A stretch of DNA of 64,000 bases from Armatimonadota bacterium (GTDB lineage Bacteria > Vulcanimicrobiota > JACPDS01 > JBDRKI01). The stretch spans positions 1-64,000 of the forward strand of contig JBDRKI010000048.1 in the NCBI GenBank assembly GCA_043814095.1. The letters are read 5' to 3'. The notes beneath the pieces were generated by a model. That model was not told the DNA's origin, did not search any database, and saw only the letters and a program-made list of their open reading frames with translations. This document shows positions 10,334-21,297 of this stretch, piece by piece; the first letter of the stretch is position 1, and each line of letters begins with the position of its first letter. The position numbers and the translations under genes are program-made.

Positions 10334-11182
10334 TTATAAAAACTTGTATATTATTATGCCGTCAAAATATCCTTTGCATATATTAAAATAGTAATCCATA
10401 AAATCAACATCCGTTACTTTTTTATCCGCGGAATCCGCGTGTATAAGACGCTTGTTGTCAATAAGCATTCCTTCATGCGACACAACTATCCCTAATGGAA
10501 AATTCTCTTCCCTTACAAAAGCCACCCCGCAGACCGGAGGCAGTTTCTCAAGAAATTTTTTATTTATCTTAATTGAAGGAATATAGTACGCTTCTACTTT
10601 CTTTTCCCACGGTATATTTATAAGTTTTGAAGTATCGCTTTTCCTGTTAAGGGTAAGTTTAACTTTTGAAAGCCTACCCTCCGGGATAAGGTCTTTTGTA
10701 ATATCTTTAAAATAAGGGTTATTATTAATCCGGTCATAAGTAAAATGGATGCGGTTGTTATAGTTTACAGCCTTATCCCCTGCCTCCGGCGGATTATAGT
10801 AATTAAGAACCTCCATCATCTTACGCGCCCCGTCAAGGTTGCCGGCATGAGCAAGGGCGGAACAGGTAATAACAAAAACAGTGCAGTCAGACACATCCCA
10901 CCTAAAGAGAGGCTCTGTATCAGGCGCGGTTTCTTCACCAAGACACCCGCCCAGATATGGCGTGCCTATTCTCATCAGGGCTATTGCCCTTAACCTGTCT
11001 TCAAAAACTGGAAAACGCTTATTAATATCGGCTAAAACTTCATTAAGCTCCTGGCCGCTTTTTATAAGGTATAATTTTTTCTGTTTATATATCCACTCAT
11101 CATTATCCCGTGAATAACATAAAGATACTGCGGAAAATACCGATAATAACAGCATTAATAATATAATATATTTTTTTTTCAT
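10334..11182 (-). CDS. DUF1460/NlpC-P60-type N-acetylmuramoyl-L-alanine amidase-like exported protein
   Basis: Signal peptide; GTPY..G.LGE, DCTVFV (catalytic Cys), RIHF, SHEG and IHA motifs. Confidence 0.75.
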   Translation of the reverse strand: MKKKYIILLMLLLSVFSAVSLCYSRDNDEWIYKQKKLYLIKSGQELNEVLADINKRFPVFEDRLRAIALMRIGTPYLGGCLGEETAPDTEPLFRWDVSDCTVFVITCSALAHAGNLDGARKMMEVLNYYNPPEAGDKAVNYNNRIHFTYDRINNNPYFKDITKDLIPEGRLSKVKLTLNRKSDTSKLINIPWEKKVEAYYIPSIKINKKFLEKLPPVCGVAFVREENFPLGIVVSHEGMLIDNKRLIHADSADKKVTDVDFMDYYFNICKGYFDGIIIYKFL

Positions 11183-11226
11183 GATTTCACCCGCTATTCA
11201 ATTAAAATATTAAGATATTATACTAT

Positions 11227-11258
11227 AAAAAAGGGACACTTTCCTTGTGTCCCTTTTA
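11227..11258 (-). terminator. Intrinsic terminator after rpoC
   Basis: AAAAGGGACAC-7nt-GTGTCCCTTTT hairpin with A/T tails on both sides. Confidence 0.85.
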
Positions 11259-11284
11259 GCGTTTTGTTTTAATTGTTAATGAAG

Positions 11285-14200
11285 TTATTCAACAGCTAAC
11301 AAAACTTCTTCTTTGTCTTGTTCTTCTTTGACTTCTTTAGCTTCTTCTTCTTTAAGTTCATCGGAGAATAGAAGGCCTACATCGCGGTATTTATTCGCGC
11401 CCGTGCCGGCAGGTATAAGTTTGCCTATAATGACATTTTCTTTTAACCCTATAAGATTGTCTATTTTACCGTGTACTGCGGCTTCGGTTAACACTCTTGT
11501 TGTTTCCTGGAAGGACGCGGCTGATAAAAACGACTCGGTAGCCAGTGAAGCTTTGGTAACGCCGAGAAGCACCGCTTTTGCAGTAGCGGGTTTTTTCTTC
11601 GCCTTCAAAGCCTTTTCGTTTTCTTCATTAAAAATATTCACGTCAACAAGGCTTCCCGGCAGTAGTCCTGTGCTGCCGGCTTCTTCAGTCCTTACTTTTC
11701 TGAGCATCTGCCTTGAAATTACTTCAATATGCTTGTCATTAATATCCACACCCTGCGAACGGTAAACTTTCTGAACTTCATCAACCAGATACCTCAGTAC
11801 ATACTCAACGCCTTTTATTCTTAATATATCCTGCGGGTTCAGAGAACCTTCGGTAATCTGGGTCCCGGCTTCTATATGCATGCCTTCAGAAACCTTCAGC
11901 CTGATGCCGAAAGGAACAAGATAGGAATTTTCTTCTTTTTTGGATTTTCTTATCGTGATTTTCCTTAATCCTTTTTCCTCGCTTAACTGCACAATGCCGT
12001 TAATTTCGGCTATTATCGCGTGCCCTTTGGGTTTTCTGGCTTCAAAAAGTTCTTCAACTCTGGGCAGACCGGAGATGATATCCTCGGATGCCACGCCTCC
12101 CGTATGGAAGGTTCTCAATGTAAGCTGTGTGCCCGGTTCTCCGATTGACTGCGCGGCAACAATGCCCACCGTGGCGCCTATCTCAACTTCTCTGCCGTTT
12201 CCTAAGTCTATACCGTAGCATTTGGCGCAGACGCCCAGTTTGGATTTACAGGCCAGGACCGATCTTATAAGCACGGATTTTATGCCGGCTGTTTCTATCT
12301 CTTTGGCCGCTTCATTAGTGATTTCTTCACCGGCTTTTACTATTATCTTTTTGCTTCCGGGATATTTAACATCTTCTGAAGCGACTCTTCCCGCAATCCT
12401 CTCATGCAGCGGCAGAACAAGCGATGAACCGTCATATACTTCTTCTATTTTTATGCCGTCCGTTGTATTACAATCCTTCTCCCTGACTATAACATCCTGA
12501 GCAACGTCTACAAGTCTTCTTGTCAAATATCCGGAATCCGCGGTACGTAACGCGGTATCGGCAAGACCTTTCCTCGCTCCGTGAGTAGATATAAAGAATT
12601 CAAGCACGGATAAGCCTTCCCTCAGGTTGGCTTTAATGGGCAGAGGAATAATTCTGCCGGAAGGATCCGCCATAAGTCCTCTCATGCCCGCAATCTGTTT
12701 TACCTGAGCCACATTGCCCCTGGCTCCCGAAGTAGCCATCATAAATATGGGATTTAAGCGGTCCATGTTTCTTATCATCGCGTCTGACACATCATCGGTT
12801 GCCTGCATCCATATATCTTTAAGCCTGCGGTTCTTTTCTTCTTCGGTTGTAAGGCCTACTGAATGCTGTTTTTCGACTATGTCAGCTTCGTCTTCAGACG
12901 CTCTTAAAATATCGGTTTTTTCTTTTGGAATCACAATATCGTCTACGCTTATCGTGGTTCCTGACCTTGTTGCGATTTTAAATCCTAATTCTTTAACATT
13001 ATCAAGCAGTACAGCCGTTAAGTTATTGCCGTGTTTTTTATGGAACCCGGCAATGAAGTCAACTAAAGCCTGTTTGTCAAAAATATTATTCATATAAGAA
13101 ACATTAGCTTCTTTCGGTATGGCATTATTAAACATAACTCTTCCGACCGTAGTCTCCACGAGCTGGCCCTCTATTTTTATTTTAACCAGCGACTGGAGTT
13201 CTATTATTCCGTGATGGTATGCCATTATCGCTTCATCACCGTCGCAGAAAAATTTGCCTTCACCTTTAGAGCCTTTTTTATCCACTGTTAAATAATATAT
13301 TCCTAACACCATATCTTGTGTAGGCACGGCTGAAGGCGTACCGTAAGCCGGGAGCAGGAGGTTCTGCGAAGACAGCATTAAAATCTTAGCTTCAGCCTGC
13401 GCGCCCGCCGATAACGGCACATGCACAGCCATCTGGTCTCCGTCAAAATCAGCATTATAGGGGGTGCAGACCAGCGGGTGAATCTGTATAGCCTTTCCTT
13501 CGGTAAGAACAGGCTCAAATGCCTGTATGCCGAGTCTGTGAAGTGTAGGAGCGCGGTTTAAAAGCACGGGGTGATTCTTAACCACTTCTTCCAGTACATC
13601 CCATACTTCCGGTCTTAATCTTTCAACCATTTTTTTAGCGCCTTTAATATTATGCACCAAGCCCCTGTCCACGAGTTTTTTCATCACAAAAGGTTTAAAC
13701 AGTTCAAGCGCCATTTCTTTAGGAAGGCCGCATTGATGAAGTTTAAGCTGGGGACCAACGACTATAACGCTTCTTCCTGAATAATCCACGCGTTTACCGA
13801 GAAGATTCTGGCGGAATCTTCCCTGTTTTCCCTTAAGCATGTCTGAAAGGGAGCGCAGGGGACGGTTATTCGGCCCTGTAACGGGTCTTCCCCTTCTGCC
13901 GTTGTCTATTAACGCGTCGACTGCTTCCTGGAGCATTCTTTTTTCGTTTTTCACTATAATATCGGGAGCTCCTAAATCTAGAAGCCTTCTTAATCTGTTA
14001 TTCCTGTTAATAACCCGCCTGTATAAATCATTCAAATCTGAAGTTGCAAACCTGCCTCCGTCCAGCTGAACCATCGGCCTTAAGTCGGGAGGGATAACCG
14101 GCAGGATATCAAGAACAAGCCATTCCGGCTTGTTGGCGGATTTTTTGAAGGATTCAACTACTTCCAGCCTTTTTATTGTTTTTATCCTTCTCTGACCGGA

Positions 14201-14794
14201 CAAACGATCCAGATCTTTTCTGAGCTCCTCGCTTAATGACGGTATGTCAATTTCTTTTAAAAGTTCTTTAATTGCTTCCGCGCCTATCTCTGCCCTGAAG
14301 CCGTCACCGTATTTTTCCCTTGCGTCCCTGTATTCAAGCTCGCTTAAAAGCTGTTTGTGCTTCAGCGGCGTATCCCCGGGATCTATAACGGCATAAGAAA
14401 TAAAATAGACTATTTTTTCTAAATTCCTTGGAGACATATCCAGCAGGAGGCCTACGCGGGAAGGCACGCCTTTTAAATACCATATGTGCGTTACCGGAGC
14501 GGCCAGCTCTATATGGCCCATTCTTTCGCGTCTTACCTTTGAGCGGGTTACTTCCACTCCGCATTTATCGCATATAATGCCTTTAAACCTTACTCTTTTA
14601 TATTTACCGCAGTGGCATTCCCAGTCTTTCACCGGACCGAAAATCTTCTCGCAGAAAAGACCGTCTCTTTCCGGCTTTAAGGTCCTGTAATTAATAGTTT
14701 CGGGCTTTTTAACTTCCCCGAAAGACCATTCCAGAACCTGCTCCGGAGAAGCCAGACTTATCTGTATCGCTTCAAAATTATTAACATCTAACAT
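11285..14794 (-). CDS. rpoC: DNA-directed RNA polymerase subunit beta'
   Basis: NADFDGD catalytic motif; N-terminal Zn finger; GGAGG RBS supports start at MLDVNNF (14794). Confidence 0.98.
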   Translation of the reverse strand: MLDVNNFEAIQISLASPEQVLEWSFGEVKKPETINYRTLKPERDGLFCEKIFGPVKDWECHCGKYKRVRFKGIICDKCGVEVTRSKVRRERMGHIELAAPVTHIWYLKGVPSRVGLLLDMSPRNLEKIVYFISYAVIDPGDTPLKHKQLLSELEYRDAREKYGDGFRAEIGAEAIKELLKEIDIPSLSEELRKDLDRLSGQRRIKTIKRLEVVESFKKSANKPEWLVLDILPVIPPDLRPMVQLDGGRFATSDLNDLYRRVINRNNRLRRLLDLGAPDIIVKNEKRMLQEAVDALIDNGRRGRPVTGPNNRPLRSLSDMLKGKQGRFRQNLLGKRVDYSGRSVIVVGPQLKLHQCGLPKEMALELFKPFVMKKLVDRGLVHNIKGAKKMVERLRPEVWDVLEEVVKNHPVLLNRAPTLHRLGIQAFEPVLTEGKAIQIHPLVCTPYNADFDGDQMAVHVPLSAGAQAEAKILMLSSQNLLLPAYGTPSAVPTQDMVLGIYYLTVDKKGSKGEGKFFCDGDEAIMAYHHGIIELQSLVKIKIEGQLVETTVGRVMFNNAIPKEANVSYMNNIFDKQALVDFIAGFHKKHGNNLTAVLLDNVKELGFKIATRSGTTISVDDIVIPKEKTDILRASEDEADIVEKQHSVGLTTEEEKNRRLKDIWMQATDDVSDAMIRNMDRLNPIFMMATSGARGNVAQVKQIAGMRGLMADPSGRIIPLPIKANLREGLSVLEFFISTHGARKGLADTALRTADSGYLTRRLVDVAQDVIVREKDCNTTDGIKIEEVYDGSSLVLPLHERIAGRVASEDVKYPGSKKIIVKAGEEITNEAAKEIETAGIKSVLIRSVLACKSKLGVCAKCYGIDLGNGREVEIGATVGIVAAQSIGEPGTQLTLRTFHTGGVASEDIISGLPRVEELFEARKPKGHAIIAEINGIVQLSEEKGLRKITIRKSKKEENSYLVPFGIRLKVSEGMHIEAGTQITEGSLNPQDILRIKGVEYVLRYLVDEVQKVYRSQGVDINDKHIEVISRQMLRKVRTEEAGSTGLLPGSLVDVNIFNEENEKALKAKKKPATAKAVLLGVTKASLATESFLSAASFQETTRVLTEAAVHGKIDNLIGLKENVIIGKLIPAGTGANKYRDVGLLFSDELKEEEAKEVKEEQDKEEVLLAVE

Positions 14795-14827
14795 TTTCGC
14801 CTCCAAATTTAGAAACTAATAACTGTT

Positions 14828-17800
14828 TTATAGAGATATCATCTCGTCTGAGCCGATATCAAGACCTAATTCTTTCGCGGTTGCTTTAATATCTTCATCA
14901 ACGGCCTGTATCTCAATTTCCTCTTCGTCTTTAGAGAGGATTTTGATGTTTAAACATAAACTCTGCAGTTCTTTTATCAATACCTTAAATGACTCCGGCA
15001 CTCCGGGCTCTAATATGTTTTCTCCCTTAACTATGGATTCATAGGCTTTTACCCTGCCGACAACATCATCGCTCTTTAAAGTTAACAGTTCCTGCAGGGT
15101 ATATGAAGCACCGTAAGCCTCAAGCGCCCATACTTCCATCTCTCCGAACCGCTGGCCGCCAAACTGCGCTTTACCGCCCAAAGGCTGCTGTGTAATCAAA
15201 GAATACGGGCCCGTAGAGCGGGCATGGATTTTATCATCCACAAGATGCGCAAGCTTCATCATATAAATATATCCTACCGTAACCCTGTTATCAAAAGGAA
15301 TTCCCGACCTTCCGTCATAAAGGATGCTCTTGCCGTCACCGGCGAGAATTTTTTTCTCTTCAATTTCATCAAACAGGTTTTTAAGCTGTATCGCGGATAT
15401 ATTGTATCCTTTTTTATCAATCAGTTCTTTAATATGGAATGTAAACGGCCTCATTGTCATTATGTCACGCAGATCAGATTTTGGCAGAGATATATTCTTT
15501 ACTTTGCATATATCTATAAGGCGTTCTTCCCAGTCTTCTTTCTTTAAAAGCGCGTCCACTGTTAAGGGAAGTATAATTTCCCTTTTCTCAAGGTATTCGG
15601 TAAGTCTCAACTGAAGCGTACTCTTGCTTATAACTTCAAAAGCTTCTTCATAAGTTATATTAATGCCCTTGCTGTCAAGAAATCTTTTTAACTCTGTCGC
15701 GTTGATATAATACCTTATTTCATTCTCCGTGGCGCTGTCATAAACGGGGCATTCAACGTTCATTCCCAGGAAATGCGCAGCCAGGCCCAGATGTGTTTCA
15801 AGAACCTGACCTATATTCATACGGGAAGGAACGCTTAAGGGATTTAAAACAATCTGTACGGGTGTACCGTCCGGCAGATAAGGCATATCTTCCGCCGGGA
15901 GTATCTTTGCTATGACGCCTTTATTGCCGTGGCGCCCCGCCATTTTATCTCCCTGCATAATTTTGCGTTTCTGTGCGATATAAACCTTTACCAGCTTATT
16001 TATCCCGGGTGAAAGTTCATCGCCTGCGTCGCGTGATAACACCTTTACGTCTATAACCTTGCCGCATTCTCCGTGAGGGGCTCTTAATGAAGTATCCCTG
16101 ACGTCTCTTGCTTTCTCGCCGAATATGGCTCTTAGGAGCCTTTCTTCGGCCGTAAGTTCGGTCTCGCCCTTAGGCGTTACCTTGCCCACCAGAATATCTT
16201 CGGGGCCCACATCCGCGCCGATTCTTATAATGCCGCTCTCATCCAGTTCTTTTAATGCTTCATCCCCGACATTGGGTATATCGCGGGTTATTTCTTCGGG
16301 TCCCAGTTTGGTGTCTCTGGCTTCACAGTCATATTCCTCTATATGGACCGATGTGTACACATCTTCTTTTACAAGTTCTTCGCTTATTAAGATAGCATCC
16401 TCGTAATTATAGCCCTCCCAAGGCATAAATGCTACCAGAATATTCCTGCCGAGGGCAAGCTCTCCGTTAACGCTTGAAGCGGCGTCGGCAATAACCTGTC
16501 CGGCTTTTATCTTGTCGCCCGAGTGCACGACCGGACGCTGGCTTACACATGTGGCCGCATTGGATCTTTTATACTTTAAAAGTTCATATTCTTTTTCTTT
16601 TCCGTTTTTTTCTTCTATTATAATCCTGTCCGCGTCGGCTTTTGTAACTTCGCCGTCTTCCTCGGCCGTAACCAGAAGTCCCGAATCTTTCGCGGCCCTG
16701 TATTCCACGCCGGTGCCAACAAGGGGCGCCTGCGGAGCTATGAGCGGGACTGCCTGACGCTGCATGTTCGCGCCCATTAACGCTCTGTTGGCGTCATCAT
16801 GCTCTAAAAACGGAATTAAAGTTGTGCAAACCGACACTATCTGTCTGGGCGAAACATCCATAAAGTCCACTTCTTCGCGGGGCTTCATCTGTGTTTCATG
16901 TTTTGCCCTGACAACAACCTTCTCCCTTACAATTCTATTGTTTTTATCTACAAGGGTATTCGCCTGAGCTATAACATGATCATCTTCTTCATCGGCGCAG
17001 AGATATTCAATCTCATTGGTAACAACGCCGTTTTTAACTTTTCTGTAGGGCGTATTGATAAAACCAAACTCGTTTATCTTGGCGTATGTTGTAAGAGTGC
17101 CTATAAGGCCGATATTCGGACCTTCGGGAGTTTCAATGGGACAAATCCTGCCGTAGTGGGAATAATGAACATCTCTTACTTCAAAACCAGCTCTTTCCCT
17201 TGAAAGACCGCCGGGTCCTAAAGCAGAGATTCTTCTTTTGTGGGTAAGTTCGGCAACTGCGTTTGTCTGATCCATAAACTGCGAAAGCTGTGAGGAACCG
17301 AAAAATTCCTTAATTGCCGCCACAACAGGCCTTATATTAACAAGTACCTGAGGCGTAACAGTCTGGGGATCCTGCACTGTCATTCTTTCACGGACAACTC
17401 TCTCAAGGCGGAGCATCCCGACTCTAAACTGGTTCTGCAAAAGCTCGCCAACCGCTCTTATTCGCCTGTTTCCTAAATGATCTATATCATCGGCGGTTCC
17501 TATGCCGTCCGCAAGATCCAGCATGTATTTTATAACCGCAACTATGTCTTTTTTGTCTATTGTTCTTTCGTAATCAAGAGGCATACTGCAATCCGGACAG
17601 TTAATCGTTCCGACTTTACGCAGTGAACCGCATTTTTTACACGCGACTTTTATTCCCAGCTTTTTATTTATTTTGTATCTGCCGACCTTGGCCAGATCAT
17701 ATCTTTTATTATTGAAAAAAAGATTGGCAATAAGGTTCCTGGCGCTGTCAACAGTCGGAGGATCACCAGGACGAAGTCTCCTGTAAATTTCTATAAGCGC

Positions 17801-18490
17801 GTTTTCTTCGCCGTCTATGCCGTCTTTAAGAAGAGTGTTTTTTATTATCGGCGAATCTTTAAACAGCTTCAATATGTCCTTGTCTTTAGCGTATCCCAGC
17901 GCTTTTAGCAATATCGTAACGGGTATTTTTCTTGTCTTATCAATCCTTACGCCCAGTATATCATTTGAATCAATCTCAAATTCAAGCCACGCGCCCCTGT
18001 TGGGGATGATCTGGGCCGATGCCAGTTTTTTGCCCGTAGGATCTATGCTCTCCTGAAAATATACCCCCGGCGAGCGGACAAGCTGGCTTACTACGACGCG
18101 TTCCGCGCCGTTAACAAGAAAAGTTCCTTTGGGAGTTATATACGGGATGTCTCCCATAAATATTTCCTGTTCTTTTATGTCAACAATCTCGCCTTCCACT
18201 TTTGCAAGCAGTCTGACTTTGACCTTAAGGGGTACGGAGTATGTCGCATCTCTGGTCCGGCATTCTTCAACAGAATAGGGAGGCTCACCAAAGCTGTATT
18301 CCGTAAAAGACAGGGTTAGGTTTCCTGTAAAATCTTCTATGGGTGAAATCTCATCAAAAACTTCTCTTATGCCTTCTTTTAAAAACCAGTGATAGGAATC
18401 AAAAAGGTGCTCTATAAGATTGGGGACATCCATAACTTTTTTAATTTTTCCGAATGAAATCCTGTTGTTTTCAGTCAAATTAAATTCCAT
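14828..18490 (-). CDS. rpoB: DNA-directed RNA polymerase subunit beta, with two lineage-specific insertions
   Basis: [32 protein letters not shown] and GQRFGEME motifs. Confidence 0.98.
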   Translation of the reverse strand: MEFNLTENNRISFGKIKKVMDVPNLIEHLFDSYHWFLKEGIREVFDEISPIEDFTGNLTLSFTEYSFGEPPYSVEECRTRDATYSVPLKVKVRLLAKVEGEIVDIKEQEIFMGDIPYITPKGTFLVNGAERVVVSQLVRSPGVYFQESIDPTGKKLASAQIIPNRGAWLEFEIDSNDILGVRIDKTRKIPVTILLKALGYAKDKDILKLFKDSPIIKNTLLKDGIDGEENALIEIYRRLRPGDPPTVDSARNLIANLFFNNKRYDLAKVGRYKINKKLGIKVACKKCGSLRKVGTINCPDCSMPLDYERTIDKKDIVAVIKYMLDLADGIGTADDIDHLGNRRIRAVGELLQNQFRVGMLRLERVVRERMTVQDPQTVTPQVLVNIRPVVAAIKEFFGSSQLSQFMDQTNAVAELTHKRRISALGPGGLSRERAGFEVRDVHYSHYGRICPIETPEGPNIGLIGTLTTYAKINEFGFINTPYRKVKNGVVTNEIEYLCADEEDDHVIAQANTLVDKNNRIVREKVVVRAKHETQMKPREEVDFMDVSPRQIVSVCTTLIPFLEHDDANRALMGANMQRQAVPLIAPQAPLVGTGVEYRAAKDSGLLVTAEEDGEVTKADADRIIIEEKNGKEKEYELLKYKRSNAATCVSQRPVVHSGDKIKAGQVIADAASSVNGELALGRNILVAFMPWEGYNYEDAILISEELVKEDVYTSVHIEEYDCEARDTKLGPEEITRDIPNVGDEALKELDESGIIRIGADVGPEDILVGKVTPKGETELTAEERLLRAIFGEKARDVRDTSLRAPHGECGKVIDVKVLSRDAGDELSPGINKLVKVYIAQKRKIMQGDKMAGRHGNKGVIAKILPAEDMPYLPDGTPVQIVLNPLSVPSRMNIGQVLETHLGLAAHFLGMNVECPVYDSATENEIRYYINATELKRFLDSKGINITYEEAFEVISKSTLQLRLTEYLEKREIILPLTVDALLKKEDWEERLIDICKVKNISLPKSDLRDIMTMRPFTFHIKELIDKKGYNISAIQLKNLFDEIEEKKILAGDGKSILYDGRSGIPFDNRVTVGYIYMMKLAHLVDDKIHARSTGPYSLITQQPLGGKAQFGGQRFGEMEVWALEAYGASYTLQELLTLKSDDVVGRVKAYESIVKGENILEPGVPESFKVLIKELQSLCLNIKILSKDEEEIEIQAVDEDIKATAKELGLDIGSDEMISL

Positions 18491-18566
18491 AAAATCCTCC
18501 GTTATAAATTCCGAAACATAAAAAATAAAAGCTTAACTCGGCATTCCAGAACTTGGAAAATACTGC

Positions 18567-18884
18567 TTATTTCTTTTTGTCGGCTTCAGTTTTTTTCTTA
18601 ACAACTTTAATTTTTCTGATTTTTCTGGTTTCTTTCTTCTTCTTATCTTTTTTGGCTGCTTTTTTGCGCGGGGTCTTGATGATTACATCGGGCAGTCTTA
18701 TCAATCTGCCGGTGGGTTTTAATTTGAAGCAATGTGATGTGGTTCCCGAGCAGGAAAAATAGATTGTCCCCGGCTCGTCTTTGTCTTCAAGATCTTTGAT
18801 TAAGCTGTCATAAACTTTCACACTCATGTAAAGTTTATTATCGCATTTAGGACAGGGATCTAAATGTCTTAACTCTCTGGTCAT
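18567..18884 (-). CDS. Small hypothetical Cys-rich protein with Lys-rich tail
   Basis: CPKC…CSGTTSHC and a very basic C-terminus; GGAAGGAGAG RBS; directly upstream of rpoB. Confidence 0.7.
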   Translation of the reverse strand: MTRELRHLDPCPKCDNKLYMSVKVYDSLIKDLEDKDEPGTIYFSCSGTTSHCFKLKPTGRLIRLPDVIIKTPRKKAAKKDKKKKETRKIRKIKVVKKKTEADKKK

Positions 18885-18926
18885 TTAAAACTCTCCTTCC
18901 TCAAACAGGTTATAAGGATAAAGAAA

Positions 18927-18984
18927 CAAAAAAATACAAAAAAGCAAGAAAGTTACTTTTACTTCCTCGCTTTTTATTTTTTTG
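18927..18984 (-). terminator. Intrinsic terminator/attenuator in the rpoBC leader
   Basis: Minus-strand GCGAGGAAGU-7nt-ACUUUCUUGC stem (two G-U pairs, so fully paired only on this strand) followed by UUUUUUGUAUUUUUUU. Confidence 0.7.
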
Positions 18985-19051
18985 AAAAAAATTACGACAA
19001 CACCAAGCTTTCCCCTACCCGTTTATATTGCATATCTTAAAAGCAACGTTT

Positions 19052-19080
19052 AGTCTAGCATATTTATTTTTATATGTCAA
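19052..19080 (-). promoter_or_regulatory. sigma70-type promoter upstream of the rpoBC unit
   Basis: TTGACA, 17 bp spacer, TAGACT with extended-10 TG. Confidence 0.7.
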
Positions 19081-19173
19081 TATATATAATAAAATAATTC
19101 TTCGTTATCCAGAAACACGAAAAAATCGTGTAATAACAACGTTTTTTAAGGAAAACAGGGAGTTTGTAAAATG

Positions 19174-20199
19174 TTAATCTTGAATGTCGGGTGGAATTTC
19201 GTTTAAATTTACCTTATTTTTAAGAGGTTTCTCTTCCGGGGGCGCTGTTTTTCTTATAAGTCTCTTCCACTTAAATCCGGCCCACTGGTCTATATGGCCG
19301 GCAAAAACCTCGCCTTTATTGTTTGTCCACGCACAGTCAAAATCATAAGCTTTCATCATTACAATTTTTACCTTATTAACGGCAAAAGATGTCATATTAT
19401 TATCAAATATTCCGGAAAACTTAATATTTTCCGGAGTTAAAACCGTCCACTTTAAAGAACCGTTTGATATATAAATTAAATAACCCGCATTATAATCCCC
19501 GTAAGACGCGCCGGTTGATATGTCAAAATCACCGGGTTTAACGGGCTGAAAATTAAACTTATTTAACTCCACGCCCTTACCGTCATTTACAGTCACTGTA
19601 AGAATTTCTCCGTCAGTTTCCGCCCTGTAAAGATTGCGCGTTCCTTTTGCAATGCGGATAACAGCGTTTTTATCACATATCTTTTCCTTGTCTGAAATAC
19701 CATACCATTGATTAACCGAAGCTTTCCAAAGCTGGTATTTATTATTTCTCCACTGTATGTAAATTCCGTATTTGCCCGACTCTGCAATTTTAACATTATT
19801 ATCGCTTATATTATTTACGCCTTTGTCTAAAACTCCCTCAAATAAAACCTGCTCTGCTTTGAGAATAATATATTTAAGCACGCCTTTCTGCACAAAAACC
19901 ACAAAAGCATTTTTATATCCCTTATATTCCGCCCCCTCATGAAATAAAAATTGCTCGCCTGTATTTTTGAATTCAAAAACTTTAACTGTTTTTTCTCCGG
20001 GGCCGGCAGCTTCTATTTTAAGACAGCCGTCCTGATTGTTTATTATATAGCTACAGCCCGTATTTTCCTGCAGTTTTTTTTCTTCCCCGGCAGTTTTATT
20101 ATCTAATAAATCTGCTTGAGCCCAAACCGGCAGGATCAAAGAAAAAAACATTAAAACAAAAGCAAAAGTAATTATTTTTACTGCTTTAAAATTAAACAT
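19174..20199 (-). CDS. Hypothetical exported protein with an internal tandem domain duplication
   Basis: Signal peptide; two similar ~100 aa segments ending WRNNK..QWYG and WTNNK..QWAG. Confidence 0.7.
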   Translation of the reverse strand: MFNFKAVKIITFAFVLMFFSLILPVWAQADLLDNKTAGEEKKLQENTGCSYIINNQDGCLKIEAAGPGEKTVKVFEFKNTGEQFLFHEGAEYKGYKNAFVVFVQKGVLKYIILKAEQVLFEGVLDKGVNNISDNNVKIAESGKYGIYIQWRNNKYQLWKASVNQWYGISDKEKICDKNAVIRIAKGTRNLYRAETDGEILTVTVNDGKGVELNKFNFQPVKPGDFDISTGASYGDYNAGYLIYISNGSLKWTVLTPENIKFSGIFDNNMTSFAVNKVKIVMMKAYDFDCAWTNNKGEVFAGHIDQWAGFKWKRLIRKTAPPEEKPLKNKVNLNEIPPDIQD

Positions 20200-20219
20200 T
20201 ATGCCTTTCCTCCCGTTTA

Positions 20220-21293
20220 TTAATAAACCGTCAAATCAATAACTTTTGCATCCGGAATTATTTTTTTAATGTCCTGTGAAGGTAAAAGTTTTTCTCCATT
20301 TTTTACATCTATCATATTTAAAAAACCGGACATTTGAGGCATAACAAACAAAAAATTATTTTTTTCCTTAATAATAACCTTTGTGTTTATATTTTTATAA
20401 TCCAGATTTAAACATTTTTCGGCTTTTATTTTTTTATCATCAATCTTAATCCTGCAGATATAATATTTTTTATTTAAATCCCGTATTTTCCCGTAAAACT
20501 CACACACCGCGAAACAAGGCCGGGTATCCGAAACCCCGAGCATCTTAAAACCCTCTGTTTCTTCGTAGAGTTCTTCCTTATAAAAACTTCTTCTATATAT
20601 ATTCTGCCGGGTTATTACCTTTCCGGCATCATCCATTAAATGTATGTTTATTAACTGCCCGTATCCGCCCTGGTGAGCATAAGATTCAAGAATCATCCAC
20701 AGGCCGGATTCCGGGACCAGCCACTGGGCATCTAAATGCGCATTAATCCCGCTTATGCGTGTTTTATCTAATATATATACCTTAGAAGGATCCTTAATAT
20801 CAACCCTGAGCACGTACATCGGGATAATAATATTATCGAGAAGGTACGCGGTATCGTTATAAATGAGAATGTCGTGGGCGTTTTTCTCTATGTTAATCCT
20901 GCTTAATTCTTTTAAATCCTTATCCATTGCTATAAAAGAAGCATCCGCTGATACAAAAACGCCTTTCTTATTAACTGCCAAACTCTCAAGTTTTTTAAAG
21001 CTTTTGCTTGTAAAGTCGGTTAATTCTCCGTTAAATTTTAAAATCTCATTAACGGTTCTTACATAAAGATGTCCGGTACATACTTCCACCTGTCTGAGAC
21101 AGTCCTTATTGAATAAAAATTCCGTTTTTTTAATATATGATTTACTTCCGGGGTCAAATTTAAGTTTTACAATCTTATCTGAACATCCCAGTATAATATT
21201 TTCCGGAAGCTTTTCACTGCAGATACCAGCATAAAAAATAAAGCATAATATGAATAATGCAGTCAATATAAATATTTTATATTTTGCACTCAT
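20220..21293 (-). CDS. Hypothetical exported/membrane-anchored beta-rich protein
   Basis: N-terminal hydrophobic segment; 357 aa ORF directly after tyrS. Confidence 0.65.
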   Translation of the reverse strand: MSAKYKIFILTALFILCFIFYAGICSEKLPENIILGCSDKIVKLKFDPGSKSYIKKTEFLFNKDCLRQVEVCTGHLYVRTVNEILKFNGELTDFTSKSFKKLESLAVNKKGVFVSADASFIAMDKDLKELSRINIEKNAHDILIYNDTAYLLDNIIIPMYVLRVDIKDPSKVYILDKTRISGINAHLDAQWLVPESGLWMILESYAHQGGYGQLINIHLMDDAGKVITRQNIYRRSFYKEELYEETEGFKMLGVSDTRPCFAVCEFYGKIRDLNKKYYICRIKIDDKKIKAEKCLNLDYKNINTKVIIKEKNNFLFVMPQMSGFLNMIDVKNGEKLLPSQDIKKIIPDAKVIDLTVY

Positions 21294-21297
21294 CTTT

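Noticed and set aside
15341-15712. Intein in rpoB
   Set aside because: No N-terminal Cys/Ser, no His-Asn terminus and no LAGLIDADG motifs.
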